In this document: piece by piece, positions 32,885-46,681 of the stretch
Layout of the letters: the number at the start of each line of letters is the position of its first letter
How positions within the stretch are numbered: the stretch's first letter is position 1
From: Macrostomum lignano
Taxonomy: Eukaryota
Direction: 5' to 3'
Length of the DNA stretch: 64,000 nucleotides
Assembly: GCA_002269645.1 (NCBI GenBank)
Contig: NIVC01001793.1
Coordinates: 1 to 64,000, forward strand
Made by a program: the position numbers and the translations under genes
The notes under the pieces: generated by a model
The model's input: the letters and a program-made list of their open reading frames with translations, nothing else
Told to the model about the DNA's origin: nothing
Database searches by the model: none

Positions 32885-33857
32885 TCTCATCCGCCCCTGT
32901 TCTCCCACTCATCCGCCCCTGTTCTCCCACTCATCCGCCCCTGTTCTCCCACTCATCCGCCCCTGTTCTCCTACTCATCCGCCCCTGTTCTCTTACTCAT
33001 CCGCCCCTGTTCTCCTAACTCATCCGCCCCTGTTCTCCTAACTCATCCGCCCCTGTTCTCTTACTCATCCGCCCCTGTTCTCCTTCTCATCCGCCCCTGT
33101 TCTCTTACTCATCCGCCCCTGTTCTCTTACTCATCCGCCCCTGTTCTCCTAACTCATCCGCCCCTGTTCTCCTAACTCATCCGCCCCTGTTCTCTTACTC
33201 ATCCGCCCCTGTTCTCCTACTCATCCGCCCCTGTTCTCCTTCTCATCCGCCCCTGTTCTCTTACTCATCCGCCCCTGTTCTCTTACTCATCCGCCCCTGT
33301 TCTCTTACTCATCCGCCCCTGTTCTCCTTCTCATCCGCCCCTGTTCTCTTACTCATCCGCCCCTGTTCTCCTACTCATCCGCCCCTGTTCTCCTTCTCAT
33401 CCGCCCCTGTTCTCTTACTCATCCGCCCCTGTTCTCTTACTCATCCGCCCCTGTTCTCTTACTCATCCGCCCTTGTTCTCTTACTCATCCGCCCCTGTTC
33501 TCTTACTCATCCGCCCCTGTTCTCCTTCTCATCCGCCCCTGTTCTCCTACTCATCCGCCCCTGTTCTCCTACTCATCCGCCCCTGTTCTCTTACTCATCC
33601 GCCCCTGTTCTCCTACTCATCCGCCCCTGTTCTCCTTCTCATCCGCCCCTGTTCTCCTACTCATCCGCCCCTGTTCTCCTAATTCATCCGCCCCTGTTCT
33701 CTTACTCATCCGCCCCTGTTCTCTTACTCATCCGCCCCTGTTCTCCTTCTCATCCGCCCCTGTTCTCCTACTCATCCGCCCCTGTTCTCCTTCTCATCCG
33801 CCCCTGTTCTCCTACTCATCCGCCCCTGTTCTCCTAACTCATCCGCCCCTGTTCTCT
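32885..33857. repeat. Minisatellite, 22-23-bp unit ACTCATCCGCCCCTGTTCTCCT
   Basis: Tandem array starting ~65 bp after the GNB1L stop. Confidence 0.95.
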
Positions 33858-34904
33858 ATCATAATTTTGATAATTAACTATTGTCTTATCGAATTTCACG
33901 AGCAATTCAAATGCAACTATTAAAATGCATTTTTGTAAATTAAAATATAAAGTTTTTTGTCAACTGAAAGTTCAGCTGAATTTAAGTATCTGCTAAGAAT
34001 TCCAATTCAAGTGAATTTAAATAACAATAAATACAGTTTTTAAGCTTCAATTACTGAAGGAAATTCCTTCATAAATTTTATTATTAATAATATCCATAGT
34101 GCTAATAGGAAAGAACTAAATAAATTTTTAATGACAGCTCAGAACTGCACGGCAGATTGTGTGCTTTTATATAATATCGCAAGTTTATTGTGCACACACT
34201 GCTGGGCTGATGCTGTGGGCTATGAAGAAGCATGCGCTGGTTAATTAAACTTTGCAAGGAATGAAATAACGATGAGGGAATCCTTTGCTTTGCTTCCTTA
34301 CCTGTGTGTAGGGAATTGTAGGAAACTTGTCAGCAGATTGATGGGTGATGCAACCCGGACAGGCTCCCTGTTATTCGCAGCCTTGTGTTATCAAACTGAC
34401 AACCGCCGGCCGGACAAAGGTCCCGTCCGAGCTCTCCATGCAGGAGGCCCAAGCGCGCGTGTCAAACGCTCTTCAAGTATTCAAACATTGGTCGAGCTCA
34501 ATACTGGCCACCACCACTCAGGGTAAACACTATTATATATATTAGATATAAAATTGGTAAGGTTCATAGAGCTAGTGCTTATATTAGTCTGAACTTTTAA
34601 TAAAAACGATTCCAAATAAGTGTCTGCCTATTGAGCTGAGCTAAGAGGGGTTCGATTTCTTGTATATAAGTCGCTTTTAGAGTGACACGTGTCCAATGCC
34701 CTTGCGCTTCAAAGATCAAGTATGATATATCAGCAGGTACTTGAAGTATTGTCTGCAGCTCCAGTTATCAATAGTTATTAATTATTACTAATACGAAAAA
34801 AGTTTGAACCACTCGCGATAGCTCATTATTGTCTGTAGCAAATATGGTGGACTTAAGAGGCCTTAATAATTACTTCTTCTCAATAATTAAAACTTTTTCA
34901 CCTT

Positions 34905-35150
34905 GTCCATGTAGTTAAGGAACATTTTAAGGCAGGTCAGAGAAGATCAAGGGGTTCGATTCCCACTCGGGAAAATTTGTGTCCTTGAGCAAGACACTTA
35001 ACTCTGCATTGCTTCAGTTCACCTAGCTATAAAATGGGTGCCAACATTAGCTGGGGTAATTGAGGGTGTGTGGCGACCCCCCAGTCCTTGGACTGAACAG
35101 CCGTATGCAGCCTTCAGATGCGCCGCGCAATATCTGCGGCGCAAACTTCA
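34905..35150 (+). mobile_element. tRNA-derived SINE (SINE2) with B box and MIR/CORE-like central block
   Basis: B box GGTTCGATTCC at 34953-34963 is followed by GTGTCCTTGAGCAAGACACTTAAC...TAAAATGGG. A second copy lies at 26288-26465. Confidence 0.7.
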
Positions 35151-35285
35151 CATTTCTGAAAGGGTAGTATTATGGTTGCCGAAAAATTCAGATTCAAAGC
35201 CAATTTGAAACAATAATTTCTATTGCTAATCGAGCTTGAGATTTTGGCATTGAGATGGCCGGAACACTGCCATCTATAGTTAGTG

Positions 35286-35568
35286 CAGGGGTTGTAAAAC
35301 TTTTTTACCTCAAAGTCCAGATAGAGAACCCAGCGCATGACTATGGGCCATGGTAGAAGGAGAGGGGAGAGGAAGGAGAGAGGAGAGGCAAGGGAATAAA
35401 GGAGAAGAGAGAGATGAAATAGGATAGGAGAGAGGAGAGAAGGGAGAGGAGAGGAGAGGAGAGCAGAGAGCTGAGAAGAGACAAATCTTGATCAGGCCGG
35501 ATTGCTATTGTGAAGTTTCAAAAGACCCGAGGGCGGGATAGAGCCAGGCCGGAGTTTGCCAATCCGCG
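35286..35568 (+). mobile_element. hAT-type MITE, family A
   Basis: CAGGGGTTGTAAAACT...AGTTTGCCAATCCGCG; internal homology to the 6861 and 13492 copies. Confidence 0.7.
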
Positions 35569-36541
35569 AGTTTAGAGTCTATAAAATTCTCTGCCAAAAG
35601 AGCAATAAAAAACATGCGCCAAACTGGCATTAAAATATTTTTATTCATGTTTAAAATGAGACCAAACTACAGGCAGTTATGACAACACTCACTTAGGTAA
35701 AATACTTCATTAATATACGTTTGTGTGCTGAAAATGACACTCCAGACTCGAGTTCAATGTCTTCCATCCTTGATTGAGTTCAGGCCAGCGGTCGCGCAGC
35801 TCCCATTGGTCCATAGCGGGCCGGTGGGGATGGCCGCGCGCGGTCACCCCTGGTCCCCTGGCAGCGAGCGACAAGCCAGGGAAGCCCATTAGCTATGATT
35901 TGGGGGTGACAGGGAAAAGAGGGGATTGGGAGAACTGGGATGGGAATCGAAAGCGGATGAGGCGGCCTGCTCCATCCACCCCAGCCGCCGCTGAGCCCCA
36001 CCCCACAAATATTGACTGAGGTCCCAATTTAAAGTGTTGGAAGTCTGAATTATTCAGCCCAGCTAAATTATTCACTTGGCCCCGGCCTCAGCAGCGGTCC
36101 GACCCACCCATCCACCCGGACACACCGGCAGTAACCCTGCTAGCCTGCAGTCTGCGAACATTTGCACCCGCGGACCCTTAGTAGCAACAAGCTCTCAGCG
36201 CTAATCCTTCAGCATTCCCCAAGGCCGCGACCTACCCAGTTTGGCCGGCAGGTTTGAAAGCTGAACAAAGCATCACGGCGCTAACGGGCCCGCATTCTTG
36301 GCGGTTCAACCAACCACCAGCCAACACGTACGGTCAGAGGCCCGACAGCAGCCGCAGCCGCAGCAGCAGCAGCAGCAGCGGAAGCAGCGGCGCAGGCGCC
36401 GGCGGCGGCGGGAGAGGCTGCGGCGGCGGCGGCGGCATAAACGTTTGGCCAGCAGCTGTGGACGACTGGGGACCGTCAGCTGCGGCGGCGGCGGCGGCAG
36501 CGGCGGCGGCCGCGGCAGCAGCGGGAGCCAACCCGCACGAC

Positions 36542-37991
36542 ATGATGGACGGTTTGTACCCGGGCGCGGGCGGCCCGCACTACAGGAGCTCCTGGGAGGC
36601 GATGCGACGCTGCGGTCCCTCCGTGAGTGCCCGACTAAACTATACTGTTTTAAAAATCTGACCCTGAATAAACTTCTGCCTCGCGAACTCGCTCTCGCCC
36701 TCCCTCCAAGCATGCGTGCGCCGCTTTGTTTGCTCAAGGCCACTCCTCTCCACACAAGTTTCAACCGTAAGTTCACTCGACACTTCCCTTCCCTTTCCCT
36801 TAACAACAGGCCGCAGCCTTCGGCCTGGAGGACAACATCCTGGTTCGAGCCGCCAACCTCGTCGACACGCACGCTGGCGGAGTCGGCAGCGGCGACGTCA
36901 AGCCCGGCGGCATGTCGGTGCCGCCGTTTCTGCGGCATCCGCAGGACGGCCTGCAGTACGCGGCGGCGGCGGCAGCGGCGACTCCTCCTGGCTTTGACAG
37001 TCAGGGCAGGCCGGCCGCCCCGCATCCGCAGATGCAGCCGCAGGCTCAGCATCAGCATCAGCAACAACAACAACATGAGCACACCCAGCAGCTGTTGCAG
37101 CATCCTTCCCAGCATCATCATCAGCTTCATCAGCAGCAGCAGCAACAGCAGCAGCAACATCTGCAGCATCAGCAGCAGCAACAGCAGCAGCAACACGCCC
37201 TGTACATGCACGACATGCACCACGGCGCTGCGGGGTTCGAGTCCCACCTGCACGCCATGGGCGCCGTGGCCGGCTACGCCTACCCGACCTCCGCCTACGC
37301 CGCCTCCGTCAATTCCTCCTCCCCCTCGTCCTCGCAGGCGGCGGCAATGGCAGCAGCGGCCGCGGTCACCTCCAGCGCTGCCGCAGCTGCAGCCGCCGCC
37401 GCCGCAGGCCAGATGGTCGGGGACGCCTGCGCCGTCGGTCCCTACGGCATGCCGCAGCTGTCGCAGGCGCCGCAGCCGCCAGTCGGCGAGCTGGACTACG
37501 ATCCGCGCGAGCTAGAAGCCTTCGCCGAGCGGTTCAAGCAGCGCCGGATCAAGCTGGGCGTCACCCAGGCCGACGTTGGCAAGGCGCTGGGCAACCTGAA
37601 GCTGCCTGGAGTCGGGTCCCTGTCGCAGTCGACCATCTGCCGGTTTGAGTCGCTGACGCTCAGCCACAACAACATGATCGCGCTCAAGCCGGTGCTCCAG
37701 GCCTGGCTGGAGGAGGCCGAGCACGTCGCCATGGAGCGGCTGAAGAACCCGGACTTCTACGGCGACGGGCTGGACAAGAAGCGCAAGCGAACGTCCATAA
37801 CGGACGCGGAGAAGCGCTCGCTGGAGGCCTACTTCCACGTGCAGCCCCGGCCGTCCTCGGAGAAGATCTCCCAGATTGCCGAGAAGCTCAACCTGAAGAA
37901 GAATGTCGTCCGAGTCTGGTTCTGCAACCAGCGCCAGAAGCAGAAGCGAATGAAATTTGCTTCCCCGGGCATGCACCCGAGCCCGATCTGA
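36542..37991 (+). CDS. POU4: Class IV POU homeodomain transcription factor (Brn-3/unc-86/acj6), exons 36542-36622 and 36810-37991 (420 aa)
   Basis: POU-specific domain RELEAFAERFKQRRIKLGVTQADVG...STICRFESLTLSHNNMIALKP and homeodomain ending VRVWFCNQRQKQKR. A POU-IV box is split by a phase-0 intron (SSWEAMRRC.. | ..FGLEDNILVRAANLVD). PolyQ/H/A tracts are present. Confidence 0.93.
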
Positions 37992-38204
37992 CTCTCCCTG
38001 TCGGTGACTGCTGGATTATTTTCTTACACCTGAACCTGGGACGGTGGGCAGCTAAGCCTACAGATGCTCATGCTGAGCACGAGGGACCCCACGCTATTCT
38101 TGTCGTTCGAATTTGTGGCACACACGAGGTCTGCCCGATGGTTCCTGTTGAATCCTTTGTCTGAATCTTTATGCGACTGTCTCACTGTATTTTGCTATCT
38201 AGTT

Positions 38205-38635
38205 CTGTCTCTCTCTAGGTCTATCTCTCTAGGTCTATCTCTCTGGGTCTATATCTCTCTAGGTCTATCTCTCTGGGTCTATATCTCTCTAGGTCTATCT
38301 CTCTAGGTCTATTTCTCTATGTCTATCTCTCTGGGTCTATATCTCTCTAGGTCTATCTCTCTATGTCTATCTCTCTGGATCTATATCTCTCTGGGTCTAT
38401 ATCTCTCTAGGTCTATCTCTCTAGGTCTATCTCTCTAGGTCTATCTCTCTATGTCTATCTCTCTGGATCTATCTCTCTAGGTCTATCTCTCTAGGTCTAT
38501 CTCTCTAGGTCCATCTCTCTAAGTCTATCTCTCTAGGTCTATCTCTCTAGGTCTGTCTCTCTGGGTATATCTCTAGGTAGATCTCTCTATGTCTATCTCT
38601 CTACTTCTATCTCTCTAGGTCAATCTCTCTGGGTC
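38205..38635. repeat. Microsatellite-like array, 14/16-bp unit TCTATCTCTCTAGG
   Basis: Tandem array 3' of POU4a. Confidence 0.9.
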
Positions 38636-39239
38636 TCTATATCCCTCCCTATCTGTGCGTCAGCTGTTCGTTGCATTTGTGTGCTCAGACTCCGCACAAG
38701 CCCCTTTGCACCTGCAGTCCAATGCATGGACTCGCACAGCACTTGCACCCTATATTGATTCCTCATTCGAACAAATTTTCTGTTACCTATTATTAGCAGT
38801 CCCTATACCACTCGGCTGGACTTTCATCTATCTAGTCTTTGTTTGACTCTCTGTTTGTCTGTCGTTCAACTTTTATTTGCTCTTTTTGAGGGTATGGTTT
38901 CTTTTTTAAATTTAATCCTTAAACATTTGTCTATTGCTTGCCTGCTGGGTTCTCCGCTTTAAAATTTTGCTTTTTTGATCTGAATTGCAAGTTGTTATTA
39001 ATATATACATAATTATAAATTAATTTCAAATTACTGATGCGTATGCATTAGTAAAAAACTGAAAAACAAATGAAATTCATCAAGTTTGAGTAGCTGACTC
39101 AGATTAGACAGTACTTAGCATTAAAAACTATATTTAATATCACTTTAAAAATAGGTTTTGAAAATGCCCACAGAATCATTAAGCTTCGCACAGATTCAAG
39201 AAATGTCAAACAGACCCATAAAGCTTCACGCAGTTCTAC

Positions 39240-40447
39240 GAAGCTTCACACAGACACTCAAAGCTTCACACAGATACTCAAAACTTCACACAGATACTCA
39301 AAGCTTCACAAAGACACTTAAAGCTTCACAGAGACACTCAAAGCTTCACACAGACACTCAAAGCTTCACACAGACACTCAAAGCTTCAGACAGACACTCA
39401 AAGCTTCAGACAGACACTCAAAGCTTCAGACAGACACTCAAAGCTTCACACAGACACTCAAAGCTTCACACACACTTAAAGCTTCACACAGACACTCAAA
39501 GCTTCACACAGACACTCAAAGCTTCACACAGACACTCAAAGCTTCACACAGACACTCAAAGTTTCACACAGACACTCAAAGCTTCACACACACTTAAAGC
39601 TTCACACAGAAACTCAAAGCTTCACAGAGACACTTAAAGCTTCACACAGAAACTCAAAGCTTCACAGAGACACTCAAAGCTTCACACAGACACTCAAAGC
39701 TTCACAGAGACACTCAAAGCTTCACACAGACACTCAAAGCTTCACACACACTTAAAGCTTCACACAGATACTCAAAGCTTCACAGAGACACTCAAAGCAT
39801 CACACAGACCCACAAAGCATCACACAGACCCATAAAGCACCACACAGACCCATAAAGCACCACACAGACCCATAAAGCATCACACAGACCCATAAAGCAT
39901 CACACAGACCCATAAAGCATCACACAGACCCATAAAGCACCACACAGACCCATAAAGCACCACACAGACCCATAAAGCATCACACAGACCCATAAAGCAT
40001 CACACAGACCCATAAAGCATCACACAGACCCACAAAGCATCACACAAACCCATAAAGCATCACACAGACCCATAAAGCATCACATAGACCCATAAAGCAT
40101 CACACAGACCCATAAAGCATCACACAGACCCATAAAGCATCACACAGACCCATAAAGCATCACACAGACCCATAAAGCATCACACAGACCCACAAAGCAT
40201 CACACAGACCCATAAAGCATCACACAGACCCACAAAGCATCACAAAGAAACCCATAAAGCATCACACAGACCCATAAAGCATCACACAGACCCATAAAGC
40301 ATCATACAGACCCATAAAGCATCACACAGACCCATAAAGCATCACACAGACCCATAAAGCATCACACAGACCCATAAAGCATCATACAGACCCATAAAGC
40401 ATCACACAGACCCATAAAGCATCACACAGACCCATAAAGCATCACAC
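39240..40447. repeat. Bipartite 20-bp minisatellite: CACAGACACTCAAAGCTTCA switching near 39800 to CACAGACCCATAAAGCATCA
   Basis: Two homogenised domains of related units. Confidence 0.95.
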
Positions 40448-41789
40448 AGAAACCCAACACCCAAAGCTTGTCTATCGCATGTCTCTTATGAGAAAAAGCC
40501 AATCTAATTAAATGGCCATAGGCTTGCATCCAAGTCAATTTATAAAGTTAGTGAAAAAAAACAAATTTCACAGAGAACTGACACGTGGCAGTTTTGAGAA
40601 GCTGACAGCCGAAGCACTGCTAAGTTGGATCATGCATGTTCAGCTTCTCAGATCGCAACGGTTGACTTTGTTTGCTCAAGAAGCTTCTGCAGGCAAACTA
40701 AAGAATAACAGGGCCTGCAGCAGCTTCCAGTCCACCGCAATCTCTTTGCCAATGCACCTTTTGCCAAGCTAATATATTGATTGATCTTGGAAGGATTTTT
40801 TTGAGAGTTGGTCAGCCTCCGTCGCCTCCGCCATCATCTCAGTTTGCAGGAGGGAAAGAAAGAGAGACTACATCTAGTTCAGGGACTCTTTAATAAGAGG
40901 TCCATGCCTCAACAGAAATTTCTTTTAAATAAAGTTCGTTGGGAGGGCATTTCCTACGGAGAAACTGTGTGTGTGCGTGTTTCTCCCCCTAAAGTCTTCG
41001 CTAAATGGAAAGCATTATAGTAAGGTGTATATACGTCAGTAGTAAGTAAGTAAGTAGTTGGTAGCTAGCAGCAGAGCTGATTGAATGCCTGTGAGCAGGA
41101 AATACACACGGAGGTACACACAGGAGAGCTACATCCATGCTTCCCTCCCGCCGTTTGCGGCATGTCCTCAGGTACATAGTGGAGGGGCATTGTTTAATCT
41201 AGTGGGGGGACTTAGCGGGCGATGGGGGATGGGGGGGGGAAGGGCCTGCAGAGTCGCCAGCCAGCATAAATATTTCACACAGCTGCGCAATTCTCACAGG
41301 CCAAGTGTGCCTCATCTCTCTCTCTCTCTCTCTCTCTCCAAAAAACCCACCGTTTTTTACACTAATACTACGGCTATATAATAACTCTAGAATTATTTCA
41401 GCAAGAGAGCTCATTAAATGGTGCCGCCATGCTCAGCTTTAGATTAGATGGGGGGGTGAAGGGGTGAGGGGGAGAGAGAGGAGAGACTCAAACAGGCGAT
41501 GGCGGTGGGAGGCTGGGGCAACATCTAGAAATTCTTAGTCTTAGTAACTATAATGCAGACTATTTAAATAATCATTTTTGTCTGCAAATAAACCGATTAA
41601 ACTTTGAATAACAATACTTGAAATATGGGAATTATAGTAACAGGGCTGGGTTTTCAGCTGCGCATTATAATTTTTTGACATGCATCTTCATCTTTTTGTG
41701 AGGTTAAACAATCCATAAATTTTCTATTTTTAATCCCGGAGTAAATGAGTTCGTTGAGAGTGGAAGCGGGAGAGACCGACTCCTAGGGA

Positions 41790-42110
41790 GAAGAAGGAGA
41801 GGATGAGAAGAGGGGGAGGATGAGAAGAGGGGGAGGATGAGAGGAGGGGGAGGATGAGAAGAGGGGAGGATGAGAAGAGGGGAGGATGAGAAGAGGGGGA
41901 GGATGAGAAGAGGGGGAGGATGAGAAGAGGGGGAGGATGAGAAGAGGGGAGGATGAGAAGAGGGGGAGGATGAGAAGAGGGGGAGGATGAGAAGAGGGGG
42001 AGGATGAGAAGAGGGGGAGGGTGAGAAGAGGCGGAGGATGAGAAGAGGGGGAGGATGAGAAGAGGGGGAGGATGAGAAGAGGGGAGGATGAGAACAGGGG
42101 CGGATGAGGT
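41790..42110. repeat. Purine-rich minisatellite, 18-19-bp unit GAGGATGAGAAGAGGGG(G)
   Basis: Tandem array. Confidence 0.9.
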
Positions 42111-42894
42111 GAGAGTGGCCACCTCAAAGGCCTTCCAATCCTCAATCTGGGCTCACAGCTCCAGTTTCTCAGCCGCATCGCGTATAAATGCTCACAGTTC
42201 TATCATTGTTGTGCCCTGTAGACCTTAACTCTTTGCCTGTAATGAAATGTCAACAGTTGAACAATACGGTGAGATCGCAGGCTGTACAGAGAAAAGACAA
42301 TGATAACAAGAAAAGAAGCTACATTGATAGATTTATTGCCATAACCATAATTTCTTGTTCCACAAGCCTGCTTCTTTGACGACTTGAACGAATGAGCTTG
42401 ATGGGAGAAACTCCCCCCCCCCAATTGATTGATGACTTGTGACTTTTTGCAAAGCTCTGGCTTGTTTTTTTTCCCCTCCTCCGCACCTGAATGCCCCCCC
42501 CCCCACCAAAAAATCCTCAACCAGCAGCCTCTCAGCCTCATCATTATCAGAGACAGAAATATGGAAGTCGCTAAAGTCATGAGCTGGTGGTGTGTAGCTG
42601 TTGGGATAATTTCCCCTGACAAGAGCCCGCGCCTACCCGCCTCGGCCATCATCAAAAAGTCAAGCTATTTGTTTCGCTATTCTCATGCCATAAAATAATA
42701 TATCAATTTATGCGAAGGATTGTTCCCCAACTTCCCAGCATGATCCATGGGGCAAACAAGTGGCGGTGCCGGTATGATGCGGGCTTGGCCTTGTAGAGTC
42801 CTGCTGAGAACACTGAAAATTCACGCGCAGACTCTGAATGAGAGACAGGCTTCACGAAACTTCACAAACAGGTGGCAGATACATTATGCAGAGT

Positions 42895-43300
42895 CTTAAA
42901 CTTTCACAAAGACCCCAGAAACTTCACGCAGACCCCAGAAACTTCACACAGACCCCAGAAGATTCACGCAGACCCCAGAAGATTCACACAGACCCAGAAA
43001 CTTTCACACCGACTCCATAAACTTCACACAGACCCCAGAAACTTCACACAGACCCCAGAAACTTCACACAGACCCCAGAAACTTCACACAGACCCCAGAA
43101 ACTTCACACAGACCCCAGAAGGTCCATACAAACTCCAGAAACTTCATACAGACTTCAGAAACTTCATACAGACTCCATAAACTTCATACAGAGTACAGAC
43201 TCTAGAAACTTCACACAGACTCCAGAAACTTTATACAGACTTCAGAAACTTCACACAGACCACAGAAGATTCACACAGACTCCAGAAGCAGACTCATAAA
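42895..43300. repeat. Minisatellite, 20-bp unit CACAGACCCCAGAAACTTCA
   Basis: Tandem array. Confidence 0.9.
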
Positions 43301-45024
43301 GCTTCTCAGACTCAGAGCTTGCCACCAGGATCAGGATGTACCCCGATTCTCTTCCCCAAATTCAACTACCATTCACCGTTGCCAACTCCGGACAAACCTG
43401 ACTGACACACCTGACACCAATTAACCGCTGGAATTCCCTGCCATATTGCGTCACCACCCCCACCCCGTGCAGTGAATTCCATAAGGAATGAAAGTGAGCG
43501 CCAGGCGTATGGGAGTTGGAAGGGCCAAGATCCTCATTTTCGGGGAAATTGACTCACCGCAGTCTTCATGCTCCCCCCCCCAACTGTGCGGACCCCGGCC
43601 GCCTCAAGGGAACAATAAAACAAACCGGCGGGGGGTCACCTTCTGGTGGTCGGTCGGGACTTGGCCTGAGACGCTGCTATATACTGATAGTTAGAACTGC
43701 TCAAGACTGTTGATGCAGCTTAACAGCGGTCTGGCCAGACTCTCCAACTCCAACGCAGCTGTTCCCATCCAGACAGACTTCCCAGGGATGTTTTTGCGTG
43801 TAAAACAGGCCAAGGCATATAATCCCAGCCTTGCCCCTAATAAGCTTCAAGAGAGCTTTGGTATGCGCTGAGTTCTGGGGGGGGGGGGGCGGGGTTCGCG
43901 GTGTGTGTGCGGTATGTGTTTGCGCGTGTGTCCTGCAGTCGCTCTTCCCTTGGAACAGAAAATCTTTTTACAATCCTATATAGGATTTTTTGTAGAGTAC
44001 AAGCGAATAAAACAAGCCTGTCCCTCCGCGTCTTAGGCCGATCTCAGCGAGACAGGGGGACATAACCTCAGAGTGGCTGCGGCCTGTCGCTGCGGCGGTG
44101 TCATTACTCAATCGGTGCGTATGATGGGGTATAAAACACGGGCCAAGGCTGAAGACCAGATGGGCAGCGGGAGACGGGGAATCGGAGCGGACGAGAGCAA
44201 GCGAGAGAACATGTGCAATGCGACCCGACTCCTAAGCTCTGCCTACCCCCGCCCCCGCTCCTTGAGCTTGATCCCCTCCCCCCAAAGCCATGGATCCTCG
44301 CGAGTCACCTGGACTCATCTATCTGATATCTATCTGATATCTATCTGAATGCGGCTGGATTAGATTTTTTATAGTTATTCATTGTTAAAAGCAAGAGATT
44401 CAGTGTTCGTGCCTCCACCCCCGCTACCGGTGGCCACATGTTATCAAAGTTTAGGCCTAGACTGGCCGCTTATTTGGCTCTTGACTGCGGGTCAGTGCTG
44501 TCAGAGGTAGAGAGGGAGAGGGGATAGTGTAGCATCCTGTAGCAATACTAAAGGATGCTAAAGTGCTTTAGTACGTGTAAAAGTATGTAAGAAGTATTGA
44601 AAAAAGTTATTTTTTTTAAATCGTTGACAGATCATAGTCGCCACACAGTTTATTATATAATAATAGCTACAGTTAATATACAACCGCAATTAAAGTTGGA
44701 CCCCCTGATGTGCAGTCCAGCCAGTGAAAGCCGAAATTTCTCTTTAAACATTTAGTAGATGGAGCAGATTGACAGGTGAAAGTGACCCGTCTGTCCGTTC
44801 CACATGGAGTTATAATGACATTCGCTACGCTCTGTTGAGCCAATCTTTTTTAATTGCCATTTTTATTGCCAATCAGAGCTGATTTCCAACCCGGCTAATT
44901 GTACAGCAACTGCGGCGGCTGTGGGAGAATTCAGGTGAACTGCTGTTTGCCATTCATTTGGCAGCTGGCCAGGGCGTTCGGGTGCGCCTGCCGCTGTCCT
45001 CTAGCAAGAGATACTTGAGATGAG

Positions 45025-45660
45025 AGTATCTCTTCTCTCCTCTCTCCCCTCCTCTCTCATGTCTCCTCTCCTTTCTCCTCTCTCCCCTCCTCTCTCATGT
45101 CTCCTCTCCATTCTCCTCTCCTCTCTTCTCTCCTCTCCTATCCTCTTATCCTCTCCTCTCTCCTCTCTCCCCTCCTCTCTTATATCTCCTCTCCTTTCTC
45201 CTCTCCTCTCTCATGTCTCCTCTCCTTTCTCCTCTCCTTTCTCCTCTCTCCCCTCCTCTCTCATGTCTCCTCTCCTTTCTCCTCTCTCCCCTCCTCTCTC
45301 ATGTCTCCTCTCCTTTCTCCTCTCCTCTCTCCTTCTCCTCTCTCCCCTCCTCTCCCATGTCTCCTCTCCATTCTCCTCTCCTCTCTTCTCTCCTCTCCTA
45401 TCCTCTTATCCTCTCCTCTCTCCTCTCTCATCTCCTCTCCTCTCCTCCCTCATCTCCTATCCTCTTCTCCTCTCCTCTCCTCTCTCCTCTCCTCTCTCAT
45501 ATCTCCTCTCCTTTCTCCTTTCCTCTATCATATCTCCTCTCCTCTCTCTTCTCCTCTCTCATATCGCATCTCCACTCACCTCTCTCCTCTCCCTCTCATC
45601 TTCACTCTCCTCTCTCCTTTCCTCTCTTCTATCTCTCCTTCTCCTCTCTCACTTCCTTTC
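45025..45660. repeat. CT-rich low-complexity/degenerate tandem tract
   Basis: (TCTCC)n-like; source of the spurious Leu/Ser/Pro ORFs. Confidence 0.9.
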
Positions 45661-46024
45661 TTCCTTCGCCCCAGTCTCATCTCATTTCTCTTATCCCGCT
45701 GGGTCTTTCCCCATTCATCTATCTCACATTGCCCGCCAATGTACACCTGTAACTCTTCTCATCTCTGTCTCACTCATCTCGATACCACTCTCAGTATCTA
45801 CTTCTTCAACTCCCATTAACGCTCTTTATGGTAGAGATTAATAGCTTCAAAGCTGAGGGCCAAAAATGAGAGACCTGGATAAACACAGAGAATAATTCAT
45901 CTTAGCCGCGTTTGCTGGTTTGACAAATCCCCATTTTACATTAAGAAGTGGAAAGCAGATATCGTATGGTTTGGCTTCTACAGACAGACCGGTGGGCATT
46001 TGATCGAGCGCGAGCTGCCTTTTA

Positions 46025-46681
<657 letters not shown>

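Noticed and set aside
36306-37976. Long antisense and alternate-frame ORFs over POU4a, and likewise over POU4b and GNB1L
   Set aside because: Expected shadow ORFs of GC-rich, triplet-repeat-rich coding DNA.
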